Shown one piece after another: positions 39,205 through 49,140 of a stretch of DNA of 64,000 bases. The stretch's first letter is position 1; each line of letters opens with the position of its first letter. A program made the translations under genes and the position numbers. The notes beneath the pieces were generated by a model, which saw only the letters and a program-made list of their open reading frames with translations, did no database searches and was not told the DNA's origin. This DNA comes from an uncultured bacterium (lineage in GTDB: Bacteria; Krumholzibacteriota; Krumholzibacteriia; LZORAL124-64-63). Where the stretch lies: the NCBI GenBank assembly GCA_963732385.1, contig CAVSZB010000003.1, positions 320,001 through 384,000 of the forward strand, written 5' to 3'.

Positions 39205-42200
39205 CGCGATCTCCCCGACTGCGCCAGGCGCGCCCGCAATGGCGCCGGCAGGTCACGCTCATCGACGCGGCAGACGCCCCGGAAGGGGCAGAATGGACAG
39301 GGCAGGTTCCCGCGCAGGGTGCCGTCGCGGAACTCCGGCAGCAGCGGGTACGGCCGCTCGCGGTCGGCGGCGCCGAGGGTGTCCTGCAGGATGCGACGCG
39401 CGCCGGCCACGAGAGGGGCGCGACCCTCCCCGGCCTCAGCCAGGTCGAGGCGCGGCGACAGGCCCGCTTCCTCGCGAGCGAAGACGTAGTACCCGGCCTC
39501 GGTCACGGTGAGTCCGGCCGACTCCAATCCCGTCACCGCTCCGGTCTCCACCGCCACGGCATAGAGCGTCAGTTGCGGCTCATCGCCCGCTCGGACCGCC
39601 TTGAGATTCGGCGCGCGACCCGACTTGTAGTCGATGACCGCCGCGTGCCTGCCGTCCGCGTCGACATCGACCCGGTCGATCCAGCCGGTCAGGTTGATGC
39701 GGGCCTGGGCCGGCGTGAGCAATACGGGAGGTGCGGACGCGGCCCCGTCGCCGGCGTTCTCGAGTTCCCCGACCAGCCACGCGCGCAGTTCGCCGAGCGG
39801 GAGGCGGAACTCCTGCTCGAGCGCTCTGGGCTGCCAGGAGCTTCCGCGTTCCAGCTCATGGGCCACGATCGCGGGCGCGGCGGCGACGAATGTTTCCTCC
39901 CACAGGCCGCGCTGCGGCGCCGCGCCGGCGCCGGGAGAGAACTGCGCTGCCGCGAGACGCTGCAACTCGCGCACAGCCCCGTCTGCATCGCCCGCGGCCA
40001 GGCGCCTGCGCCCCGCGCTGTCGGACTCCAGGAACAACCTCAGGCATTCGTGCACCGCGTTCCCGTGGTCGAGCCTGCGGAACGATTCGAGCACCTCCTC
40101 CTGCTCGGCCAGCCCGTAGCCCTTCTCGAGCAGGAAACGGTACGGGCACTGGCGGTACTTCTCGAGGCCGCTGTGGCTGGTGCGTCGGAGCGGGATGCTG
40201 CGGGCCTCGACCCGCGGGCCGGCCAGAGGGTCAGCGCCCGGTTCGCCGGCGAAATCGTCCTGTGCGTGCCGGATGCTTTCGAGATCCGGCGCGCGGCGCC
40301 GGTAGAGCGGCCCGGGCCGCGCGGTTTGCGCCGTCCGGCCGAGACCGAGCGTGAGACGCTCCACCAGGGGCGATGGCAGCGCCGGCTGCCCGCCCCGCTC
40401 GCGCGCCCAGGTGATGACGACCCGCTTGGCGCCGTGGAGCAGGTGCAGGAACAGTTCACCCTGCAGGCCGAGGCGTTCGCGCCAGGTGGGCAGGCCGGTC
40501 GCGGTGCGCGCCGCGTCGCCGAGGAAGAGGGGGCGGCGCAAGCGACCGGGGAAGACCTCCTCGTTCGCGCCGGCGATCAGCAGCAGGTCGAAGCGCTCGA
40601 GACGCGCCTCGATCAGTCCCATCACCTGGACCGGCAAAAACGGCGAGCGATGCGGGCGCACCGATTCGGCCGCGAGCAGCCGGTCCAGCGTCGCCGCGAA
40701 TTCCTCGAGCGTGACAGGGGGGAGGGCGTCGGGCGCCGCGGCCAGACGATCGAGGCGGTCGATCAGCTCGCCGAGGGCGACGAGGCTAGCGTCGCGCCCG
40801 TCGCGCCCCTCGTCGTTGCGCGTGGCGGGGTCGGGCCGGAGGGAGGCAGCCGCGGCCGCTCTTGCCCAGGCGCTGCGCAGCGCGGCCAGGCGGTCGCGCC
40901 ACGGCGCCTCGCCCGGGGGCGCGTCGAGCAAAGGAGAGAGCGCGGCGCCGATGGCATCGACGAACGCCACGAGAGCGGCCGGAGCGCCGCCGTGGCTCTC
41001 GCGGTAAGCCCCGTCTTTCGCCTCCGCCCGCTCACGGTAACTGGCCAGGCCGGCGGGCGGGGCCTCGCCGCGCAGCACCAGTTTCTCCAGCAGGAGCGTT
41101 TGGCGGCTGTGCAGACCACGGTTGGCGAGCAGGTTCACCCAGGGGTGGGTGAGCACTTCGAGCAGGGGGGCGTGCCGCAGGCCGCTCACGGCGCACTGCA
41201 ACAGGAAGTGGCAGAGGCGTCCGGCGGGGAGCGCGGCGAGCGGGAGTCCGCCGGTGTCGTCGACGTCCACGCCGGCGTCGCGCAACTGGGCCACGATGCG
41301 CCGGGCGAGCGCCCGGTCAGCGGTGGCGACGGCGATGCGGACGTTGCCGCCCGTTTTCAGCAGTTCCTCGACGACCAGGCACGCAATGACGCGGCTCTCC
41401 TCCTCGGGATCGCCGCAGGAGAGAAGATCCGGAACAGCGCAGTGCGCATCGCCCGGCATGGGCGGCGGATCTGCCGCCCCAGGCGCGAGCAGGGTGCGCA
41501 GGCGGCGGGAGGGGGCCTGCGGATGGGTCGGCTGACCCGTCCCGTTGCAGGTCCGCAACAGCGCCCCGCAGAGGTCGTCGTCGGCGGAGTCGAGGCAGAC
41601 CTGCCCGTCGCCCGCGGACAGGGCCGCGCGCAGGATACGCGCCGTCACCGCATCGACTTCGGCAAAGCCCGCCACGATCACGCGCTCATAGGCCGGTCCG
41701 GGCCAGCCGCGGTCGAGGCGTGCCGCTACGGCGGCAAGAACATCGACGTCGTCCGCCGGCACGATGCGGCGATAGACGGCGAAAGCTGCGCGCAGGCGCC
41801 CCAGGTCGAGCGCGTGGAGCTCGGCGCGTCGCCCGGCGAGTTCCGCCGTACCGGCTTCCGCCGCGGCGGACGGGTCCAGCAACCACCCCGCGTCGGCCAG
41901 CCGCGCTTCGTCGAACGTGCGCAGCAGCTCCTCCGCCAGCCCCGGCGCGCTCTCTTGGCTCTGCGTCACCCACGGCAGCGCGGACAGGCGCCCCGCCAGC
42001 AGCAGCGGACGCAGCGCGGCGGGCGGTGTCGTCGCGGCTGCTTCGCCCAGGCCGAAACGACGCCGCGAGTTGCGCCGCGAGCTGGGGCGGCGTGAGGATG
42101 TCAGGCAGCAGCAGCGCCGCGCGCCCGCTCCGTTCCAGCAGCGCGTGGCGCAGCGAGGCGCAGGCGCGCACGGACGGCAGGACGACGAGCGCGCCGGTGA

Positions 42201-42306
42201 GATCGCCGGTGGCGGCCCCCTCGGGCGATGCCGCAAGCAACCGGTCGGCCAGCCGCGTCGTGAACGGTTCGTGCAACGGAATGGCGTGCAGGGTCGGTGT
42301 TCTCAT
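39201..42306 (-). CDS. addB: AddB nuclease subunit with a 1-nt frameshift near 42055-42057 (sequencing error or pseudogene)
   Basis: N-terminus MRTPTLHAIP...VVLPSVRA is in one frame and the body (EEESR, QCPYRF, GWIDRVD, IDYKSG, PQL.LY, CPFCPFRGVC) in another; the frames join if TCGTTTCGGC is read as TCGTTCGGC. Confidence 0.85.
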
Positions 42307-42329
42307 GTTCTCCCGGCGAAGGGCGTAGT

Positions 42330-43772
42330 CTAGCACGCTGACGGTGGTGACGGAACCGCGCATGGCCGCCGCGCGCGCCGCCCCCGCCAGATAGCCGGCC
42401 CAACCACCGCGAGAGAGACCGCCAGCCCCGGAAAAATCGCCTCCACGCCGAGGTACGGCTCCCCGCGTCCGAGCGCGAGCCAGCCGAGCCCGGTCGCGCC
42501 CGACAGCAGCATGGCGCTCAGCGCCGCGCGGCCGGAGATGCGCAGCGAGGTGTGGCTGAGCGCGAGCGGCGCCAGCAGCACCGGCGTGCCGATGCTGCCG
42601 AGGTGGTGCCACAGCGAGATGACCGAGCGCGCCCACAGCGCCATGCCGATCGCCAGCAGCGACGAAGCGAGCAGACTCCAGCGGATCAACGGGATGGCGG
42701 CGGCCTCACCCGCGGCTGACGAGAGATGATCCGCCCCGTCCGCCGCGCCGGAGGGGGATGCGAACGGTGCGCGCAGCCGCAGGATGATGTCGCGCCCCAG
42801 CGTCACGGCGCTGAGGAAGGCGTAGTCGTCGATCGTGGAGATGATGGTGGCCAGCAGTCCCACCATGAACAGGCCCTGCCAGATCGGAGCCAGCGTGCGG
42901 GCGGCCAGCTCGGGGTACGCGGACACCGGGTCGGCGAGAGTGGGCAGCACGGCGCGCGCGTAGAGGCCGGCGGTGGTCGTGAGGAAGTCGAACAGCACCC
43001 AGAAGGCGATCGCGATCAGGACGCCGCGGCGGGCGGTGCGTTCGTCGCGGGCGGCGTAGCAGCGGAGGTAGAAGGTAGGTTCGACGAGGGTGGCCAGGGC
43101 GATGAAGTACCAGACGAGCACGGCCTGGGCGCCGCGTCCGCCGTCCCAGGTCAGGTGGCTGGCGGGCAGGTTGGCGCGCAGGAAGTCCCAGCCGCCGTAC
43201 TTCGCCGCGCAGGCCGGCACCATGATCAGGAACGCCAGGAACATCAGGCAGAAGTGGACGATGTCGGTGCCGACGATCGCGCGCATGCCGCCGCGGAAGA
43301 CGTAGGCTACGGAGAAGAAGGCGCCCAGCGCCACGCCCAGGGCGAGCGGCCAGCCGGTGGCGAGGTGGACGAGCGAGCCGAGCATCAGCACGTAGGCGGC
43401 CGGGGCGGTCATCACGAAGAGCATCGCGGCGCCGGCCAGGGCCGTGGGGCGGCCGTAACGGGCGGCGAGCTGGTCGGGGATGGTCAGGGCGAGGCTGCGT
43501 CGGGCGCGCGCGGCGAGGAAGAGCGCGAACACCACCGCGTTCAGGTAGTAAGGGAGGCCGAAGACGAGCCAGTTGCTGGCGCCGTAGCGCCAGGCGTATT
43601 CGCCCACGCCGAGGATGCCGCCGTACCAGGTCGCCACCAGCGTCATCACGAACGCCGGCAGCGTCAGGCGGCGGCCGAGCACGATGTAGTCCGCCGCGGC
43701 TTCGCTCTGCCGCCAGAACAGGCGGGCGATGGCGTAGCAGAGGAACAGCACGTAGACGACGAGCAGGACCAT
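42330..43772 (-). CDS. Sodium:solute symporter family transporter, probable thiamine (precursor) permease
   Basis: DYIVLGRRL, ATWYGG, TIPDQL..RYG, GGMRAIVGTD, AARDE, LATIISTID; last gene of the TPP-riboswitch operon. Confidence 0.88.
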   Translation of the reverse strand: MVLLVVYVLFLCYAIARLFWRQSEAAADYIVLGRRLTLPAFVMTLVATWYGGILGVGEYAWRYGASNWLVFGLPYYLNAVVFALFLAARARRSLALTIPDQLAARYGRPTALAGAAMLFVMTAPAAYVLMLGSLVHLATGWPLALGVALGAFFSVAYVFRGGMRAIVGTDIVHFCLMFLAFLIMVPACAAKYGGWDFLRANLPASHLTWDGGRGAQAVLVWYFIALATLVEPTFYLRCYAARDERTARRGVLIAIAFWVLFDFLTTTAGLYARAVLPTLADPVSAYPELAARTLAPIWQGLFMVGLLATIISTIDDYAFLSAVTLGRDIILRLRAPFASPSGAADGADHLSSAAGEAAAIPLIRWSLLASSLLAIGMALWARSVISLWHHLGSIGTPVLLAPLALSHTSLRISGRAALSAMLLSGATGLGWLALGRGEPYLGVEAIFPGLAVSLAVVGPAIWRGRRARRPCAVPSPPSAC

Positions 43773-43812
43773 AAGCTCTCCGCGGGAGTCCGGCGGCGCG
43801 CCGGAGGGGACT

Positions 43813-44520
43813 TCACTCCAGTGTCGGCCACCCCTGGCGCTGCACGGTGACGAGCAGCGATCCGCTCCGCACCGACAGCGCGAGCGACGGCTGCTGGACG
43901 CGGTTGGAAACGGTGGCGGGGCCGCCGGCGCGCACGACGGCATCGGTGAGCGGCCACTGCGCGCCGGTCAGCGTGACGCCGGTGGCGGGGCCCGCGAGCG
44001 GCAGCAGCGAGAACAGCGTGCCCGGTTCGAGTGGCCAGACGACCGCTTCGCCTCCCCCGACGCGCACCACGTCGTGCGCCGGATCGGCGAGGCAGACGCG
44101 CAGGCGGTCGGCGAAGCGCTCGAGCAGGTGGCAGTTGTAGAGCGTGTGGTCAACGCGGCCGCCGGTCGCGCCGATCAGCACCGCCTCGCCCAGGCCGCGC
44201 GCCACCAGGTAGAGCAGCGCCTTCTCGGCATCGGTGGTTTCCTGATCGGGCGCGTGCAGGTAGAGCGGCCCGCCGCGCCCGGCGATGATCCGCCCTGAAA
44301 GGGAGTCGAAGTCGCCGATCACCACGTCCGGTGGGCGGGGGAGGTGCGTGTACGGATGTCCCGCTCCATCGGCGCAGAGGAACAGGTCGGCGCCGTCGAG
44401 CCAGTAATCGAGCAGAGGTGCGGGTGGCGGCTCGCCATGGCAGAGCACGACGCCACGCCGTCCGCGCAGGGGAAAAATAGGGCAGCGGACCCCGGAGGCC
44501 GCCTCGCGGTCAGAATTCAC
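43813..44520 (-). CDS. thiN: Thiamine pyrophosphokinase
   Basis: CADGAG, PDVVIGDFDS, DQETTDAEKAL, GATGGRVDHTL.N, G.QWPL, VSN; GTG start overlaps the receptor stop. Confidence 0.92.
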   Translation of the reverse strand: MNSDREAASGVRCPIFPLRGRRGVVLCHGEPPPAPLLDYWLDGADLFLCADGAGHPYTHLPRPPDVVIGDFDSLSGRIIAGRGGPLYLHAPDQETTDAEKALLYLVARGLGEAVLIGATGGRVDHTLYNCHLLERFADRLRVCLADPAHDVVRVGGGEAVVWPLEPGTLFSLLPLAGPATGVTLTGAQWPLTDAVVRAGGPATVSNRVQQPSLALSVRSGSLLVTVQRQGWPTLE

Positions 44521-47029
44521 AGCGTACCCCCGCAAGGTAGTTCCGGCCGGCCGCGGGGAGGTAGTAGTTGCCCGCGCCCCAGCCATCGTAGTATCCGCCT
44601 GTCTCGTAGCGCGCGTCCATGACGTTCCGGACCCGCAGCTCCAGTTGCGCGCCGCCGGCGGCCTTCCCGTCCGTCCGCCCGAGCCGCGCGCCGAGCGCGA
44701 GGTCGAGCGTGGCATACGGGTCGAGGGTCCGCTCGCGCAGTCCGCTGTTGTCGAGGTGCTGGCGCCCCACGGCCCGGATGCGCGCCGTCGTGTCGAACCG
44801 GCCCCACTGTGCGCGCCATGTCGCCGCGAGAAGACGATCGGGGAAGAGGGCGATCGGATGGCCCGAAAGGTCGCTGCGGGTGCCGTCCCAGTCGATGAAC
44901 AGGAAGCGGTCGAAACGGTCCCAGCTGCGGGAAGCGGCCACCGTGAGCAGGTGACCGGGGCGCGGCCGCCAGGTCAGACCGGCCTCCACGCCGCGGTGCA
45001 GCGTTCGCTCCGCGTTGCCCCGGATGCCGGCGCCGTCGTCGTCCACGCCGCCGTAGGCGACAATCTCGTCGCGGAAGTCCATCCAGTACCCGTTCAGCGT
45101 GAACGACAGCGCGCGGCCGTGCCAGGCCGCGCCCACCTCCCGGTCGACGACCCGCTCCGGCCTCACGCGCGGGCCGGACCACGCCAGGTACGCCACCGCT
45201 CCGTCCGGCGTCGTCACGGGGCGGCTCGTGTCGAACAGCGGACGGGCGCCGAGATCGTAGGCGTCCTGGAAAGTGTCGAACAACTCGGCGTCGGCCGGCT
45301 CGCGTCGCGCCACGCCCAGGTGCGCGTAGAGCGCCGCTTCGCCGCCGCCGGGCCGTCCCGGCAGCGTCCAGTGCACGCCCCCCTTGGGATTGAAGAAGTC
45401 GTAGGTCACGCGGTAGGCGTTGCGCAGGTCGCCGGTGAAGTTGCCGGTCTCGTTCTGCAGGAAGTCGACGACCTTGCGCTGGTACTGCAGGTCGAGCAGC
45501 AGGGTGAGACCGGAGACAGCCTCCCACTTTTCGTTGACGTACGCCGACCAGGCGCTCCGGTCGCCCTCGTAGTCCGCGTACTTGAGCGGGGGCGTGAGGT
45601 CGTCGGGGGTGAAGCCGGCCACGCCGATCACATCGCCCCAGTGGTTGCTGTGGAAGGTGTACCAGTCGCCCCCCGCCACGAGGCGGCCGCCCCGGTGTTC
45701 GACCATGACCTGCGGCACCCAGCCGAGCTGGTCCTTGCGCACCCACTTGCGCCTCACCAGGTCGACCGTCGCGTCGGAAGGCAGGTCGAGGAACTCGTCG
45801 AGGCTGAAGTCGTGCGCGCTGCGTCCTGCCTTGAAGTTCTCGTAGAATCCCTCGCCGTGGATCGCGAAGAGGCTGTTGCGCAGCAGCACCCGGTCCGAGA
45901 CTTTCCACCGCCAGTGCAGTTCGTAGTGCGGCTGCCGGAAATCGTCCACAGCATTGGCGTAGGTTTCGGGATTCCAGGTGCGATCGCGCGCGAGGGTTGC
46001 GGCGTCGATGCCGTCCCACGCGTGGTGGGACACCTCCCGGCCGGTGTAGACGTTCGCCTGTATCTGGTGGCCCGGCGCCACGTACTGCCCGCTCCAGAAG
46101 ACCGCCCACTGGTCGGAGCCGGCGCGCTGGCGATAGCCGTCGCTGACCAGGTGGCTGAGCCGCAGCGCGGTCGCGAAACGACCGCCCCGCAGACCGGACT
46201 GCCAGGCCAGACTCTGCTGTGACGTGCCATAGCTGCCGGCGCGCAGCGTGGCGCGTCCGGCCGGCTCGGGACCGAGCACCTCGGTGATCAGGTTGACCGT
46301 GCCGCCGATGGCCGTCAGGCCGCCCATCGAGTTGGTGATGCCGCGCTGCACCTGGATGTCCTCGAGCGACTCCGCGAGGTCCGGCATGTCGACCCAGTAG
46401 ACCTGGTGGTCTTCGGGATCGTTGAGCGGGATGCCGTTGATCATCACGCCGACGCGCCGCTGGTCGAACCCGCGGATGTTCAGATAGGTGTAGCCGACCC
46501 CGTTGCCGGCGTCGCTGCTGGCGTAGACGCCCGGCAGGTCCTCGAGCAGCACGGGTATGTCACGCTCCGACTGTCCGCGCGCGATCTCCTGCCGCGTCAG
46601 GTTCGCCTGGCTCAGGTGGACGTCGTCGCCGTAGCGGGACGCATCGATGACGATCTCCTCGCCGGCGTACACGGTCGGCTCGAGGGCGATCGCGAGCGTT
46701 GCCTCGCGCGCGTCGTCGACCCGCGTCAGCGCCGGAGCGTAGCCGAGATAGGTGACGACGAGCGTGAACGGCCCCGCCGGCGCGCCGCGCAGGGCGAACA
46801 GACCGTCGAGCGAGGAGATGGTGCCGGCCTGTCCGCCCTGCACGTAGACGTTCGCGCTGGCGAGCGGCTCGCCGGTGCGCGCGTCGGTGACGCGGCCGAG
46901 GCAGATACCGGGCTCGACGGCGGCACTGTCGACGGGGGCCGGTGCGACAGGCGGTGGATCGGCCGCGACGGCGAGCGCCGCCGGCAGCAGCCAGAGCAGG
47001 AACAGGCAGGGTGACGCGCGCAACGCCAA
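44510..47029 (-). CDS. TonB-dependent receptor, thiamine-uptake (OMR1-like) type
   Basis: N-terminal CarboxypepD-reg-like domain; plug SDAGNGVGYTYLNIRGFDQRR..VMINGIPLNDPEDHQVYWVDMPDL; terminal F; likely TTG start at 47029 after GGAGG (ORF extends to 47086). Confidence 0.9.
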   Translation of the reverse strand: MALRASPCLFLLWLLPAALAVAADPPPVAPAPVDSAAVEPGICLGRVTDARTGEPLASANVYVQGGQAGTISSLDGLFALRGAPAGPFTLVVTYLGYAPALTRVDDAREATLAIALEPTVYAGEEIVIDASRYGDDVHLSQANLTRQEIARGQSERDIPVLLEDLPGVYASSDAGNGVGYTYLNIRGFDQRRVGVMINGIPLNDPEDHQVYWVDMPDLAESLEDIQVQRGITNSMGGLTAIGGTVNLITEVLGPEPAGRATLRAGSYGTSQQSLAWQSGLRGGRFATALRLSHLVSDGYRQRAGSDQWAVFWSGQYVAPGHQIQANVYTGREVSHHAWDGIDAATLARDRTWNPETYANAVDDFRQPHYELHWRWKVSDRVLLRNSLFAIHGEGFYENFKAGRSAHDFSLDEFLDLPSDATVDLVRRKWVRKDQLGWVPQVMVEHRGGRLVAGGDWYTFHSNHWGDVIGVAGFTPDDLTPPLKYADYEGDRSAWSAYVNEKWEAVSGLTLLLDLQYQRKVVDFLQNETGNFTGDLRNAYRVTYDFFNPKGGVHWTLPGRPGGGEAALYAHLGVARREPADAELFDTFQDAYDLGARPLFDTSRPVTTPDGAVAYLAWSGPRVRPERVVDREVGAAWHGRALSFTLNGYWMDFRDEIVAYGGVDDDGAGIRGNAERTLHRGVEAGLTWRPRPGHLLTVAASRSWDRFDRFLFIDWDGTRSDLSGHPIALFPDRLLAATWRAQWGRFDTTARIRAVGRQHLDNSGLRERTLDPYATLDLALGARLGRTDGKAAGGAQLELRVRNVMDARYETGGYYDGWGAGNYYLPAAGRNYLAGVRCEF

Positions 47030-47134
47030 GGCGGTACCTCCGGTGACGAACGAACGCACGCCGGAGCCGTTCCCCCGCAAACGCAAGGCCGGCTCCGGAA
47101 GGGGGCCGGCCGCATACGCGCCGCGTTGAGCGAT

Positions 47135-47213
47135 CCCGTTTCCCTACGCCGGTATGACCCGGTTCAGGTTCGGAGGGTATCTCTCAGGCCCTCTCGGGCC
47201 ACCCCTAACGGAC
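47135..47213 (-). ncRNA. TPP (THI-box) riboswitch
   Basis: Minus strand reads ccgtt-AGGGGTG...CTGAGA-GATACCC-TCC-GAACCTGA-ACCGGGTCATACCGGCGTAGGGAA-acgg, with the conserved TPP motifs and a P1 helix. Confidence 0.95.
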
Positions 47214-47222
47214 CACGCATTC

Positions 47223-47250
47223 ACGATAGCGTGCGGGGCCGCGGAGTCAA
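47223..47250 (-). promoter_or_regulatory. Promoter for the TPP operon (TTGACT-16-TATCGT)
   Basis: -10 element ends about 10 nt upstream of the riboswitch P1. Confidence 0.55.
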
Positions 47251-47382
47251 GGGGCGACCGGAGGAGGTTCCCCAAAATCCTCAGCCAGTCCGGGGAAGAG
47301 CCCGAAAGCCAAAGCAAAAACTCTTGCCCGAGGCCTCATTGTCCGGATACGTTGCCAACCAACGACAATGCAGGAGGTTACC

Positions 47383-48363
47383 GTGACACTGTTGCTTTCC
47401 CGCCAGGATGTCATCCGAGTGCTCGACATGAAAGACTGCATGGAGGTTGTCGAAAAGGCGTTCGCCGAGATGTCCAACGGCACCGCCGTGATGCCGCTGC
47501 GCATTCCGATCACTCCTCCCGACGGGCTCTCGCTTTATATGCCGGCCTATCTGAAGGAGCTTGGTGCGCTTGCCTGCAAGATTGTCGCAGTATACAAGAA
47601 CAACCCGCAGAAACACGGTCTGCCGGTGACGGTCGGCAAGGTGCTGTTGCAGGATCCGGACACGGGCGATGTTCTCTGCATTATGGATGGCGGGTACCTG
47701 ACGGCGGTTCGCACTGGTGCGGCCAGCGGCGTGGCCACGAAGTATCTGGCCCGCGCAGCGGACGGACAGGTGGCCGGGATTTTTGGCGCCGGCGTCCAGG
47801 CCAGGGCGCAGCTCTGGGCAGTGGCAGAGGCCCGCAGACTGTCCAAAGCGCTGGTGTACGATGTCTCGGACGAGGCCACAAGGAACTTCATCGCCGAAAT
47901 GAGCGCCAGGCTCGGCATTGAGATCGTCAAGGTTGCTGCGGTCGATGAAATCCTGCAACAGGCCGATATCATTTGCGCCGCGACCTCGTCGGCGACACCG
48001 ATATTCGACGGCGCCAGGGTGCGCGAGGGATGTCACATCAACGGGGTCGGCTCGCACACGCCCAACGCCCGCGAACTCGACACCGCCATCGTCAAGAGAT
48101 CCATGCTGGTGGCGGACTCGTACGAGGCCTGTCTCAAGGAAGCCGGTGACATCATGATTCCGATCAGCGAAGGGGCGATCGACAGATCGCACCTGAAGGC
48201 GGAGCTGGGCGAGGTCATCACCGGCCGCAAGCCGGCCCGTTCGAGCGACCGGGAAATCACCCTGTTCAAATCCAACGGTCTGGCGATTCAGGACGCCGCT
48301 ACCGCGAAGCTGGTCTACGACAAGGCGGTCGCCGCCGGCATTGGCGCCTCGGTGAATATCTGA
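47383..48363 (+). CDS. Ornithine cyclodeaminase/mu-crystallin family protein (possibly archaeal-type alanine dehydrogenase)
   Basis: MPAY, CKIV.VY..NP.KHGLP, LTAVRTGAASGVA, GAGVQA, HINGVG, FKSNGLAIQD; AGGAGG RBS. Confidence 0.9.
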   Translation: MTLLLSRQDVIRVLDMKDCMEVVEKAFAEMSNGTAVMPLRIPITPPDGLSLYMPAYLKELGALACKIVAVYKNNPQKHGLPVTVGKVLLQDPDTGDVLCIMDGGYLTAVRTGAASGVATKYLARAADGQVAGIFGAGVQARAQLWAVAEARRLSKALVYDVSDEATRNFIAEMSARLGIEIVKVAAVDEILQQADIICAATSSATPIFDGARVREGCHINGVGSHTPNARELDTAIVKRSMLVADSYEACLKEAGDIMIPISEGAIDRSHLKAELGEVITGRKPARSSDREITLFKSNGLAIQDAATAKLVYDKAVAAGIGASVNI

Positions 48364-48447
48364 ACCACGGTCGGGATAGCGGATGCCACGGATGCAACAG
48401 CTGCGCGGACCTCGCAGCATCGACAGGGGTGACGGAGCCAGTAGTCG

Positions 48448-48543
48448 CAGCGATTGCTACGGGAGCAAAAAGTGCGCAGGCCGGTCCGGTTGGGCTCCGG
48501 TTCTCCCGACCCTGCGCACTTTTTGCTCCCGTGGCAACCGCTG
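48448..48543. repeat. 33-bp inverted repeat (2 mismatches) with 30-nt spacer
   Basis: CAGCGATTGCTACGGGAGCAAAAAGTGCGCAGG (48448-48480) versus CCTGCGCACTTTTTGCTCCCGTGGCAACCGCTG (48511-48543). Confidence 0.9.
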
Positions 48544-48647
48544 TACGGAAGGGGCGCTGAAGCCCTGTTTGAGCCAACCCGGACGACGGCGGCCGCCAAA
48601 GCTTGTCCCCGATTGCAGTTCCGCGCACTTTCCGTCATCCTGCCCGT

Positions 48648-49091
48648 ATGAGCACGCATCCCCCCCCGCGTCGTCGCACCGAACTGGATGATCTGGATCA
48701 GCCGACCGGCCCGCCCGGCGCCTGGTTCGCGTTCGCGCGTGACGCCCGGCTGTTCGCGCGACGCGCGGTCGATCCTCACCGCCTCGATGACAGACGCGAA
48801 ACGGTTCCGCTGCAGCCGAACGAGCTTTACCTGCCGCCGGTGCCGGCCGATGTGGCGGTGCGTCTCGGCCGGATCCGCGTCAGCGAGTTCCTGCCGGACG
48901 GTCGCGAGATCACGCGAGCGGTGTTGCAGGCCGGCGCGCTGTTCCGGACGCGCCCCTGGCCGCCGCCCCCGCAGATTCCGGCGCCCGGTTATGATCTGGC
49001 CTATGTTGTCCTGATGGCCCTCGACGACGCGGAGCTCTGGGTGTTGCCGCCGGGGGCCCTGGATGGCGCGGATGCGCCGTCCGTAAAATGA
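48648..49091 (+). CDS. Hypothetical protein resembling a stand-alone degenerate Crp-type cNMP-binding barrel
   Basis: VRLGRIRVSEFLPDGREITRAVLQAGALF...ALDDAELWVLP; no HTH. Confidence 0.55.
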   Translation: MSTHPPPRRRTELDDLDQPTGPPGAWFAFARDARLFARRAVDPHRLDDRRETVPLQPNELYLPPVPADVAVRLGRIRVSEFLPDGREITRAVLQAGALFRTRPWPPPPQIPAPGYDLAYVVLMALDDAELWVLPPGALDGADAPSVK

Positions 49092-49140
49092 CGGCGCCGC
49101 TGCGCCTTCCGTACGCCCCTCACGCCCCGGGAGATTCCTC

